Positions 12,164 to 23,515 of a stretch of DNA of 64,000 nucleotides are shown in pieces (position 1 is the stretch's first letter; the number at the start of each line of letters is the position of its first letter). Position numbers and translations under genes: made by a program. The stretch is from Carcharhinus longimanus (taxonomy: Eukaryota), in assembly GCA_030264375.1 (NCBI GenBank), contig JASCQW010000081.1, forward strand, positions 53,459,423-53,523,422, written 5' to 3'. Below the pieces are notes generated by a model. That model was given only the letters and a program-made list of their open reading frames with translations, made no database searches and had not been told where the DNA came from.

Positions 12164-14637
12164 CTAATCAGATTCTTGCACAATCTCTTGTTGCATAACT
12201 TGTGAATTGCATGAATGGAAATCCAAATTCAGGACAGCTTTCAACCTTTTCCAAAAGAAGTCCTGTTGAAACTCATTCTGAGGCCATTCCAAGTAAGTGT
12301 TTCTATTCATCAGTTTCCGTAGTTTGCAAAAACGATCAGGGATGGAGTTCTTTGGAATAGGTTCTAGCAGGAGCAAGATAAGACTGTCCTTTTTGTCATC
12401 AAATACCTGTTTGTGGGCAAAGAAGAGTTCATAGTGGCACCATTCACTTTGCACAAAGTGTTTTGAAAGGATGAATATGGTTTTGTAGCTTTTTGATATA
12501 CAGTCAATGATATTGTTAATTATTGACTTTCCAGGTTTGAAGTCTCTTTCATGGATACAGATGTGGAATGGTGGGTCACTATTTTCTAACTGTACCAACA
12601 ATTTGTTCTTCACCCACGATGCGTCATGTTCACTGTATGAAATGAAAGCATTGTACTCAAATCTGCGTTCCTCCAAATTGATGTTGTGACCTCTTTTAGC
12701 TTTAAGCCAGAGATAGAGAGTTCGGATGTACCAGGTAATATTATACTTGATACATAGCATAATGCACACAGCTAACAAAAGCACTACACATGCCAAAAGG
12801 ACCCCAACGAATAAGGGAATTTTGCACTCAATAGGAGAAAATTTCAGGAATTGGATAACTTGACCTTTGAATTTTTGTGGACGGTCGCATCGATACTGGT
12901 CTGGCCAATCAAGTATCACAGTTTGTGTCTGCTGAACGTAATTAGAGACTGACTGAACTGCACAGAAGCACTCAAAAGGATTGTTGCTGAATTTGAGTTC
13001 AGCTAGATCTAAGGACTGTAATGAGTGGATGTTTAAGTTCTGAATTTTATTGTGATTAATGTGCAAGAATTTCAGTGAGTGACCCAGTGGAATCTCAGGA
13101 AAAGATACTATGATGTTTGCTGTCAAAAACACTTCGTGGAGATTTCTCAGCCCTTTGAGGTTTGGGACTGTGGTGATGGAATTGTAACTCAAGTCTAGCG
13201 ATTCCAGTGATTCTGGTAAGCAGCCAAACACACTGCTTTTCAGGTTGTTGTGTGAAAAATTTATGTGCGTCATAGTCTGAGGCCAATTGCAGGCCGATCC
13301 CTCCTGTAGTTCAAGACTATTGTGACAAGCACTTATACTAGACAAGTTCTCCATTTTCGATAATAATGTACTAAACTTGGGTAAATTTGAAAATTTGTTC
13401 TTACTTACAATGAGCGTTTTAAGATTGGGGAAAGGAGGAGTGCAATCTTTAGGAATGAAGGTGGATTCTTGAAGCAAGTTTTGGGATATGTCCAAATATC
13501 TCAGAGAAGTCATTACTTTTGATACCTCACATGGAACATAAAACAAATTTCCCTCAAGTATTGTTAACTCTGTCAGTTGTGTAAATATATCAAGAAGATA
13601 GTCAAGTGAGTAAAAACGGTAGAAGTTTGGATTATCTACATTAATTATGTGGAGTTTGCGCAAACTAATCTGATCAGATGGAACAGNNNNNNNNNNACAG
13701 GAACTATTTCCCACTTGCCCACGCCATCCATTCTAATTGCTTTCAAAAATAATTCATTTATTTTTGAGCTGAGAACAAAGTTTAACAAATGAGTGACCAA
13801 AGAATCATCAATGGTAATATTCTGCGCTACTAGTGTCGTGATTTTTGATTTCTTCAAAGGGGAAAATAAATCTGCACCTCCTGCATTTTTGACTAAATCA
13901 GAATTTAGAATTTCCAGTGTAGTAGTCGTTGTTGGAATGTCATTGAAGAGCTTGATCAATAATTGTACTTTCTGTCCAAACTGGAAATCAAAAGAAAGCT
14001 TTTCTACATTTTGCAAGGCATTAAGTGTTCCAGGTTCATATACCTGCAAATCTCCTGTAACTAAGTAAACTTCCTTAAGTGGGATTCCACGAAGTGCAGA
14101 TAAGGAATTGGACTTCAAGGAAGAAAGGCGAGCGTTTCCAAAGTGTAGAGAATACAGGTTCTGTAGTTTGTTGATTTCTGCTCCAAAGTCAGCTGTATCA
14201 AACATGTTGTTAGTGATATCAAGGTGTGTTAGTGACTGGAGATGATTAAATGGCAAGGCTGAAATATCATGCAAAAAATTATTTGAAAGATCAAGATACC
14301 TTAGTTCTGAATTTTTTGAAAATGATCCAGGTTCTATGTCAGTGATGTGATTGAATTGAAGAAAAAGTTTTTTCAGCTTGGTGAAATTCTGGAAACTCTG
14401 CTGTTGAATTATTCTGATGCTGTTGTAAGACAAGTCCAACATCTCTACATCTGGTGCCAGGATACAATGAGAAAGTGGATAGCCAATTCCTGAGCAATTT
14501 ACTAAAGAAGTATCTATCCTCTTTGGTATTGCAGAACAACCAACCATAAATAGAATACTTGTCAATATAGCACCTGCTCCGAGATGTGTCATCTTGGCCT
14601 TGATATCTGTGAAGTAAATTCTGCTTCCAAGTAACAT
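12164..14637 (-). CDS. Toll-like receptor, TLR1/TLR2 subfamily (possibly TLR27-like); single coding exon, about 819 aa after gap correction
   Basis: Signal-like segment (MTHLGAGAILTSILFMVGCSA), many LRRs (LDLSYNSI, LFLQFNHI, LDLSNNFL, LDISQNLL), LRR-CT (NNPFECFC...WPDQYRCDRP), TM helix (IPLFVGVLLACVVLLLAVCIML) and TIR (YNAFISYS, ICIHERDFKPGKSIINNI, FVQSEWCHYELFFAH, TYLEWP, FFWKRL). ORFs 13645-14637 and 12164-13714 join in frame (EIVP-VPSDQ) when the 10 N plus duplicated ACAG are removed. Splice acceptor ttttaacAG ends at 14675; alternative ATG at 14592. Confidence 0.95.
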
Positions 14638-14646
14638 CTCCTCTAT

Positions 14647-14661
14647 TCACGCACTGGCCAT
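14647..14661 (-). promoter_or_regulatory. Upstream micro-ORF (MASA-stop) in the TLR 5' leader
   Basis: aaaATGGCCAGTGCGTGA lies between the splice acceptor (14675) and the main ATG (14637), in strong Kozak context. Confidence 0.6.
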
Positions 14662-14939
14662 TTTCAAACGCACCCTGTTAAAAGACAAATATGAATAATG
14701 ATAAATCTGGCCTTGATGTTAAAAAAGGTATTAGCAGCACCATATTCAGTGCAATCCTGGTCCTATTTTAAAAAAAAAATCCAGACACCAGCCACCCAAA
14801 CTATGATAACTTACTTCTTTTTGTTTAAGAGTCTTAGATGCTAAGTGGCTCTGCGCTAGGCACTATGATAATCAGAAATGGATGAGGTGTTGTTGATGAT
14901 AGTGTTTTGGGTGGTTTTAGCCAAGATTAAACATCAAAA

Positions 14940-16440
14940 ATTTAAAGAACAAGAGGCCATTTGGTCCACCATATCTATGGCTGAACAAGAGCTTTTAGCA
15001 TTATCCTATCTTGCACCTTTTAAAATCCATAGCCATTTAGGTTACAGGACTTCAACTGCATGCTCAAGTTCTTTAGGATGCAAGTTCTGTACTACCATCA
15101 TTTCAGTTATTGAACTTCAATGCTGATGGCTCTCTGGGTGAAAATGCTTCTCCTCAACTGCCCTCTAATCCTTCTTTAAAGCTATTCCCTTGATTAATGA
15201 CTCCTCTGCTAAGAGAATTTAGCATTCTATCTAGACATTTGAGACCTACTCTGTACCGAAGAAAGCAATCTAGCCTATTTAATCTTTTCACATAGCTAAA
15301 ATTCACCATTCCCGGCAACATTCTTGTAAATCTCCTCACTACCATCTTGCTCATTCTTTTGTAAACACATTCTTCTTGCATAATATGATCAGAGCTGCAC
15401 TCAGTATTCTAGCTGAGGTCTGACTAGTGTTTTATACAGATCCTGTAACGTCTTTGTTCTTACCTTTATCAGCCAAGGCACAGAATGTAAGTATTCCCTT
15501 AATCACCTTCTCTATTTGGCTCACTACAATCAGGGATCTGTGTACTTGCAATCCAATGTCCCTCTGTTCCACCACACTTCTTAGCATCCTACTATTCATT
15601 GTGTACTCTCTTGCCTTCTCTTTCCAAAATTGCCCTGTCATTTGCCACTCTTAGGTCCTACAATCTATATTGATTGTCCTTACTATCAACCACAGTGCCT
15701 TTTTTTAATATCATCAACAAACTTCTCAAACATGATTCCTTCATTTAATCTAAGTCGTTGATATATAGCACAAAAATCTAGGACCTAATATGGAACCCTT
15801 CAGAATTCCACTGGAAACCACCTTCCAGTCAGAAAAATCACCCATCAACCATTACCCTTTGTTTCCTGCCATTGCACAGTATTTGATCCAACTTTCCACT
15901 TTCCTTTGGAACTCATGGATTTCTACTTCTTTGACCGGTTTGCAATGGTCAAACTTGCAAAATCTATGTACCCGACAACAAATATGTCACCTACGTCAAG
16001 GCTCCTTCCTCAAGAAAAATTCAAGTCACTCACAGGCTTCTGTTAACAAATCCATGCGAATTGTCATTGATTAATCTGTGCTCTGCTGAATGATGATTAA
16101 TACCGCCCCTCAGATGTTTGTCCAATAATTTGTCCACCAAAGGAAACTGGGAAACTGTTCTGTAATTACAACATTATCTTTCCTTTTTAAACAATGGTAT
16201 GACATTACTGGTCTTGCAGCCCTCTGGTACCACGGCTGTAGTCAGAGAGAATTGGAAAATGGTGCTTAAGAGCCTCCTCCCCCAAAATTATTTCCTTCCT
16301 TGCTTCTTTTAGCAGCTGGGAATGCATTTCACCTGGGCCTGCCGAATCATATAGATACAAAGATGCTACACCCCTTAACATTTCCTCTCTCTCTGTTTAT
16401 CCCATCCAATATTTCTCACTCCTCCTCCTCAACTACAATA
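14940..16440 (-). mobile_element. Degenerate CR1 LINE
   Basis: RRFTRMLPGM and RDIGLQVHRSL motifs plus decayed RT segments on the minus strand; boundaries approximate. Confidence 0.75.
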
Positions 16441-17666
16441 TCTGCATCAGGAGGGTGGAATTTTAACTGTGGCATGCTGCTTCTGATGGCGTAACCCCAA
16501 CTGTGAGCCATTTCCACTCTCTTGCCCTTGTTTCTTCTAATTATAAACGTAAGCATTGGTAGTGTGTATGGGACACGGGAGAGAAGCTTTGCATTGGTCA
16601 AACCCATCATCAGCAGACAGTGCTGCAGCTACTGGTAGGCTGCAAAAGAGCTTCCTGGACAAAAGCCACAATTTGGCTGCCAAATGCCAATACCTGTTTT
16701 CTATGATGCCTGTCTTGGATGGCTGCATCCCGACCAGTTGCTCTGCTGGTGCTGCCTGCTACTGTTGTTGCAGCCTTTGTTGTTGACTGGCAAGAACCTT
16801 CCTTTGTTGCACCCTCTCCTCCTGAGGTTGTAGGAATATTGGGTGTATGACAGCCATTGATATTCTAGCGATTGAACTGTGTGAAGCAGGCAGACAACTT
16901 TATGAGAACACATGTCCATGGAAAAAAAATCCATGGAATGGATGAGTATTGAGATTTTCAACATCTTTCATTGTCCACAAACAAAACTTGCACTGGGTCC
17001 TCCCACTTCCATCTCCAGGCCTGGCATCGTATGTGCTTCTGGAGTCGTAATGAAGCTGGTCATTGTAAGATTTGTAATAAAATCTATTACCCTTCCTGTT
17101 TCTCCTATCACCTTCAAGCTTGTCCCCACTGACCACCCCAGCATAACCAATACAATAGGCCCTTCCTTCTACTCCTTGATACCACTGACCACACATTTTA
17201 TTTCATTGGATCTTTCTTTCACTCCTCCATGCCCCCTATGGCACACCCCACCCTCAGCACGATTCATGCAAACTGCCAATCTCTTGCACCACTCCNNNNN
17301 NNNNNNNNNNNNNNNNNNNNNNNNNNNNNNNNNNNNNNNNNNNNNNNNNNNNNNNNNNNNNNNNNNNNNNNNNNNNNNNNNNNNNNNNNNNNNNNNNNNN
17401 NNNNNNNNNNNNNNNNNNNNNNNNNNNNNNNNNNNNNNNNNNNNNNNNNNNNNNNNNNNNNNNNNNNNNNNNNNNNNNNNNNNNNNNNNNNNNNNNNNNN
17501 NNNNNNNNNNNNNNNNNNNNNNNNNNNNNNNNNNNNNNNNNNNNNNNNNNNNNNNNNNNNNNNTTTGGCTTTGCCTAATTCAGACACTGTGCTGCTCACT
17601 CTTGCATGCTCCATAAATTCTCCCCCTGAGTATTAATTAAGAACCATGCTTACACCTTCTGTCTCC

Positions 17667-18456
17667 TGTTATGGTTCAGGTCAGAAACTCCTAAGTTTTA
17701 TGGTGCCTGTCTGGCTCATAAGTTTTGCACCTTGAATTTGACTAGGATAAGCAAATGGCTCAGGTATGGTTCAAATGACCCACTAGGGAGCTTTTATCAA
17801 ACAAAGTTTATTTAAGAATATAGTTAACATGTGTAGTAAGGATATTAGCAAGAACTGTTATCAATTACAAACAAACCAACCACAATAATGTATAAGCCTT
17901 ATATCTAAGACATTCCAATCAAACCAAAACTTCCCCTAGACAAAACCCTTCCACAGATTTAACACAGCAAAGGCTAATGCTCACGTGATACTGGAATTGA
18001 GTCCTTTGGTTGAATGATACAGTCCTCTTGAAACACTCAGAAGAGTTTGAATCTGATCAGCTTCCCTGAACACCAGAGAGAAACTCCGGTCAAGCCAGTG
18101 ACAGCAGACTTTCTACTCCAGGAAGGCTTTCAGCTTAACTAGCAGAATTTCCCAAAACCAGGGAGAGAAAGAAGAGACTTCTTTCCAACTTCCCTCCGAA
18201 ACTAAAACCTGCAGCTCAGAACTGAAAATGGAAGAGTTCCTGTCATCTGCAAACATGCTTCCTCCTGACAATGCAGGATCATGATCCTGCATAAAACTAA
18301 TTCCTTTAGTAAAAATAAACAATCCGCATTTAAGCCACATAAGGAGCAATGAAAGGACTCCTTGTAGGCAGCTCGGCACCAATGACATTAACTAAGGATG
18401 TGAGTTACTGAGAACATGATTTTTAAAAAACTCTTAGAAGATACACTAATGTCACA
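17667..18456 (-). mobile_element. Solo LTR with 4-bp TSD (CTCC)
   Basis: TGTTA...TCACA termini; CTCC at 17663-17666 and 18457-18460; AATAAA on the minus strand; related to 6951-7952. Confidence 0.8.
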
Positions 18457-19180
18457 CTCCATATAGATGTTCCCTGCTTGGCCTCTAACTCTCTCTGTAG
18501 TTATCTGTTTGCTCTTTACTGAATCTTCACAATATCCTTGATTTTACTTGCCAATATTTTTTCAAGTTGCCTCTTTGTTTTCTCAATGCCCTTTTTAATT
18601 CACTCATGTATTTTCCATAGTCCTCTAGGCATTATGCAGTTTTGAGGTCTCGGGAGCTGATGTAAGTTTTCTTTTATATCTGACAATTGTATCATAGAAC
18701 TGAGATTTTGATTAACTTTACAAAATTATTGTGAACAAGTTAAATGTATATACACAGATCAGATAAATTGATTTCATGATTTTGTACTTGCCTCGCAAAC
18801 TCTACTTCAGAATAAACAAGTAACTCATTTTTGATGGTGAAACATCAAAGCCTATTTATATCGTCAGACTGTAGGATGTGGGTCCACAACGTTTATATTC
18901 TTACCAGGCGGAGAAGCCAATAGGTGCCATTAATCCAAATGATAACAAATTATACAAAGACCATCTGTACAATTATTTTTCAGTAAAACTCATGTTGCTG
19001 ACAAAGCTAGTGTCAATCCTGGACACTCTGACTATCATTCCCTCGAATGTGAACAAAGTTGCTATTAACTTTTCACAGTTTTGGTGGGCTTCAATAGGAA
19101 CTTAAAGTATTGTGAGACTTACGTTATCATTTCATTTTGACTTGCACCTTAATTTTCTATCCACTGCAGCACTGGAAATA

Positions 19181-19375
19181 GAAAACAGGAAATGCTGGAA
19201 AACCTCAGCAGGTCTGACAGCACTTGTGGGGAGAGAATGGAACCAACGTTTTGAGTCTGGATGGCCCTTAGTCAGAGCATCCAGACTCAAAACAGGTGCT
19301 GTCAGATCTGCTGAGATTTTCCAGCACTTTCTGTTTTTGTTTTAGATTCCAGCATCGGCAGTATTTTGATTTTAC
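19181..19375. repeat. Penelope-terminus-derived inverted repeat (hairpin)
   Basis: AAAACAGGAAATGCTGGAAAACCTCAGCAGGTCTGACAGCAC pairs with GTGCTGTCAGATCTGCTGAGATTTTCCAGCACTTTCTGTTTT; inner GTTTTGAGTCTGGATG pairs with CATCCAGACTCAAAAC. Related arms at about 291-403, 27340-27430, 28000-28080 and 46250-46312. Confidence 0.75.
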
Positions 19376-19400
19376 CAATGTCATAGACATACAATTCGAA

Positions 19401-19532
19401 TTATGTAAATTTTCTGGGAATTCTGAGCTATTGACTTTAAGGATTTAACTACAGCTCCCACTTTCTATTTCGGGAAGTTCTGCCGGTGTGAGATGGGATT
19501 ATACCTTTCCTGTTGACCTGGTTTTCATTTTC
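19401..19532. promoter_or_regulatory. Candidate immune-responsive motif cluster upstream of the TLR
   Basis: GAS TTCTGGGAA (19412-19420); ISRE-like GAAANNGAAA on the minus strand (19462-19471, 19523-19532); kB-like GGGAAGTTCT (19472-19481). Confidence 0.3.
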
Positions 19533-20809
19533 TGCTCCCGCTCAGTGTTTTGTGCTTGTGCACGATTTCTATTTGACCTTTTCTCCCTTTGTTATCCTCT
19601 TTGTCTTACATATCTTTAATTTCAACCATTGCATCTCCCGTTGCCTCAGTCAAGGTGTCACCTTAGCCCTTTATTCAAATCACGTTTTTCACTTAGGCTC
19701 TTGAAATCTTAAAGGAAAGAGGGTGGCTTTTCGGCCTATCGTATTTGTGCCAGCTGGGTGCAAGGAGCTATCTAACGAGTCCCACTCCCCTGCTCTTTCA
19801 TCACAGCCTTGCCAGTTTCTTAATTACACTGTTGTTCACCTAAGAAATAGAAGGAAGTTCGTTGTTGGATGTGAACAATTTTCAGTTACTTTTCTGAACG
19901 TTATCTTGCTGAGCTTTCGCTTGACTTCAAGTCCAGTCCTTCAAAATTGGGAGACCATTTTCTTGAATTGCAGTAGGTTTTCCATTTTAGTGGGCAGCAT
20001 CTCCGTGTTTGGACATACATCAATCTATTGCCATTTATTGGCACACGCGGAACTATCTTCAAATTGATCCCGTTGTGATCTTTGTCCAGTCATTGAAGCT
20101 GATTTCACTCTCCGCCTTATACTCACTTTGTCACTAATCTGAACTAAAGCGCACAGATTGCTGTAGAAAGGACCCTGCGGTGGCAGTGCTACCTGTTCAA
20201 GACGCACGTTATCCTGTAGGTTCCCGTTTCCTCCAGCGACGTCCCGAAACTGCCTGCTGATATTTCCAAAATTGCCCAACACTCGTCCAAATCGAAAAGA
20301 CCCACCTTGTGTGGCTTGCAAAAGTCACACAATTTGCAAAAAACATAACTCCTCTTCTGCTTGATAAGCAATAGTTTGAGTATAAGGAAATTAGTTTTAA
20401 CAACTAGTTCTTATGAAGGAGTATGGGGTGGTTTGATGCACAGAAACACGTCACCGCATGCACCTTTTGTCTCCTCCTCCTGAGTGATACAGTCCAGACC
20501 ATTCGACCCACCCTGCCTGAATCCTACCTTGCAAGAATTAGTTCCATTCTACTCCTCTTCCTCGTTTCTCTGCATGCTAATTTCTTCTTTTCAAATTTTG
20601 AAAGTTATTATTAATCTATTTCCCTCACTCATCACAATCCAGGCCATAACTTGCTGGGTAACATAAAGTTTCATTTCCCTTTTTGTTTGATTCTTTTGCC
20701 AATTTTCTTCAATCTGTTAAATTTATTTTAGCAATTCAAAATGTGAATATATAGATTCATAGTTGATTTATAAACCTAAACAGTGGTATCCTTAATGTCC
20801 TAACTGGAG

Positions 20810-21175
20810 AGTAGTTTCATCAATGTAGTTTATATGGATTTCAGCAAAGCCTTTGACAAGGTCCTACATGGGAGACTTGTAAAGAAGGTAAGTTTACAGG
20901 GGATACAAGGTCATTTGATAAAGTAGATTCAAAATTGGGTCAGTTGTAGGAGACAGAGGGTGATGTAAAAACACTGCTTTAGTGACTGAATGTTAGTGTC
21001 CAGTGGCATACCATAGGGAATCTGTGGTGGGACGCCTAATATTCATCATTTATATAAATGACACTGATGACTATGTGGGGGTGGGTGGGTCAGGATTAGT
21101 AATTTTGCAGATGACACAAAGATTGATCGGGTGGTTAACAGTGAGGTGGTATGCCTTGGGCTATGAGAAGATGTA
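20810..21175 (+). mobile_element. CR1 RT fragment
   Basis: VVYMDFSKAFDKVLHGRL...FADDTK motifs with stops. Confidence 0.85.
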
Positions 21176-21433
21176 ACAAAGAACAAAGAAAATTACAGCA
21201 CAGGAACATCCCTCCTATATCTCCCAACATGAACCTTATAGTTATACCCCTTAGTAACAGCTACACCCAAGGAAATAGTCTCTGCGTGTCCACTTTATCT
21301 ATTCTCCTCATCATCTTATAAACCTCTATTAAGTCACCTCTCATCCACCTCCGCTGTAAAGAGAAGAGCCCCAGCTCCCTCAACCTTTCCTCATAAGACC
21401 TACCCTCCAAACCAGGCAGCATCCTGGTAAATC
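21176..21433 (-). mobile_element. CR1 3' fragment
   Basis: FTRMLPGLEGRSYEERLRELGLFSL..RGDLIEVYKMM. Confidence 0.85.
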
Positions 21434-21618
21434 NNNNNNNNNNNNNNNNNNNNNNNNNNNNNNNNNNNNNNNNNNNNNNNNNNNNNNNNNNNNNNNNNNN
21501 NNNNNNNNNNNNNNNNNNNNNNNNNNNNNNNNNACAAAGACATGCACAACAGAAGGAAGAAAGAGAACAAACTCTTGGAGTCACATACACAGACAAAAAG
21601 AGAGACAAATACGGAGAA

Positions 21619-21676
21619 ACACACACGCACACACACACACACACACACATGCATACATACACACACACACACACAC
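21619..21676. repeat. (CA)n microsatellite
   Basis: Directly visible interrupted CA run. Confidence 0.9.
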
Positions 21677-21714
21677 CCCCCCTAGAGAGAAACGCACACG
21701 CACAAGATAAGGCT

Positions 21715-22712
21715 GAAACATTCACAACAATTTTCAGCCAGCCAGAAGTGCCAGGTGGATGATCCATCTCAACCTCCTCCAGTGATCCCCAGTGTTACAG
21801 ATATCAATCTTCAGCCATTTTGATTCACTCCATGTGATATTAAGAAATAATAGAAGGCACTGGCTATTGCAAATGCTGTGGGGCCCTGACAAAATTCCAG
21901 CAATAGTACCAAGAACTTGTGCTCCAGAATTTGCCGTGCTCCAGAATTTGCCATGCTCCTATCCAAGCTGTTCCAGTATGGCTGTAACAGTGGCATCCAC
22001 CTGGCAATGTGGAAACCTGTCCAAGTATGTCCTATACAAAATAAACAGGACAATTCCATCCTGACCAATTACTGCCCCATTAGTCTACTCTTGGTCATCA
22101 GTAAAATGATGTAAGGGGTCATAAACAATGCTATCCCTTTGCTTAGCAATAAACTGCTCAGTGATTCTCAATTTGGGTCCTGCTAGGGTCACTCAGCTCT
22201 TGACCTTATTACAGATTTGGTTCAAACATGAGCAAAAGAGCTGAACTCCAGGCATGAGGTGAGAATGACTGCCTTTGACGTCAAGGCTGCATTTGACTGA
22301 GAATGGCATCAAGGAGCCTCGGCAAAACTGGAGTCAATGGGAATCGGAGGGAAAACCACCCATTGGTTGGACTAATACCTGGCACAAAAGAAAATGATAA
22401 TGGTGGTTGGAGGGCAACCATCTCAACTTCAGGATATCAGTGCAGCAGTTCTTCAGGATAGAACCCTAGGCCCAACCATCTTCAGCTGCTTCATCATGAC
22501 CTGCTTTCCAAGATAAGGTCAGAAATGGGGATGTTGGTTGATGACTGCACAATGTTCAGCACCTTTTCCATTCTCCTCAGATACTGAAGCAGGCCCTCTC
22601 CAAATAATATCCAGGCTTGGCCTGACAAGTGGCAAATTACATTCATGCCACACAAGGGCCAGGCAATGACCATCTCAAACACGAGACCAACTAACCATCA
22701 GATCTTGGCATT
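21715..22712 (+). mobile_element. Degenerate LINE RT (CR1/L2 superfamily, different from the CR1 family above)
   Basis: GPDKIPAIV, LSKLFQY, NYCPISLL, TAFDVKAAFD, QDRTLGPTIF, VDDCT motifs. Related pieces at about 34965-35325 (+) and 62105-62430 (-). Confidence 0.8.
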
Positions 22713-22717
22713 CACAT

Positions 22718-22810
22718 GCACAGACAGAAAGAAATAGAGAGAGAGAGAGAGAGAGACAGATACAGAAAGGGACGCAGACAGCGAGCGAGAGAGACAGATA
22801 CAGACAGGCA
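22718..22810. repeat. (GA)n/GACA simple repeat
   Basis: Directly visible. Confidence 0.8.
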
Positions 22811-23059
22811 TCCAAACAGTAAGAGTAGCACAGACACAGGTGCATAGATAGAAAGCGACAAACACAGAGAGCTTTTCAAACTGCTACCTAGCTCCCTAGA
22901 TTCTTGTTGTAGGACCTCAACCTTATGTTGTTGGTACCAATGTGAAGTGAACCATGACCTCTGACTGTTCACCCTCTCCCTTTAGAATGTCCTGCAGCAC
23001 TTGCCCCTGGCACCAGGGAGGCAACACATCATCTTAGAGTCATGTCCGCTGTCACAGAA

Positions 23060-23515
23060 ATGGATGGTGAGGACCTGGGATGGTGAGCAGGGAAGAGGTA
23101 AAGGGGTAAGTGTTGCACCCTCTATGATTGCATGGGAAGGTGCCACGAGTAGGGGGTGAGGTGTTGGGTGTGACGGAGGAGTGGATCAGGGTGTACCGTA
23201 GGGAACAATCCCTGTACAATGCTGACAGGGAGACTGAAGGGAAGATGTGTTGAGTGGTGGCATCATGCTGAAGTTGGCGGAAGTGGTGCAGGATGAGCTT
23301 TTGAGTCCAGAGGCTGTCAGGGTGAAAAGTGAGGGCAAGAGGATCCTATCCTGGTTCCAGGAAGGAGGGGAGGGGGGTGAGAGCAGTGGCCCGGGAGAAT
23401 AGGTCAGACATGGTCGAAACCACGATTGAAGAAGAAGGAAGACATATCTGCAGTGCTATTTTGAAAAGTGGCATCATCAAAACAGATGCAGCAGAGGGGA
23501 AAGAAGTGAGAAAAA
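23060..23515 (-). mobile_element. Penelope-like fragment (thumb region)
   Basis: Reverse-complement similarity to 37260-37450 (GCATCTGTT.TGATGA.GCCACTTT.CAAAATAG, GAACCAGGATAGG). Confidence 0.7.

Noticed and set aside
13645-14637. Separate secreted LRR-only (soluble TLR) gene
   Set aside because: Its stop arises only from the gap-induced frameshift; it joins the TM-TIR half in frame.
20025-20321. 98-aa minus-strand ORF as a protein-coding gene
   Set aside because: No recognisable domain and no supporting exon chain; kept only as a CpG-rich candidate regulatory region.
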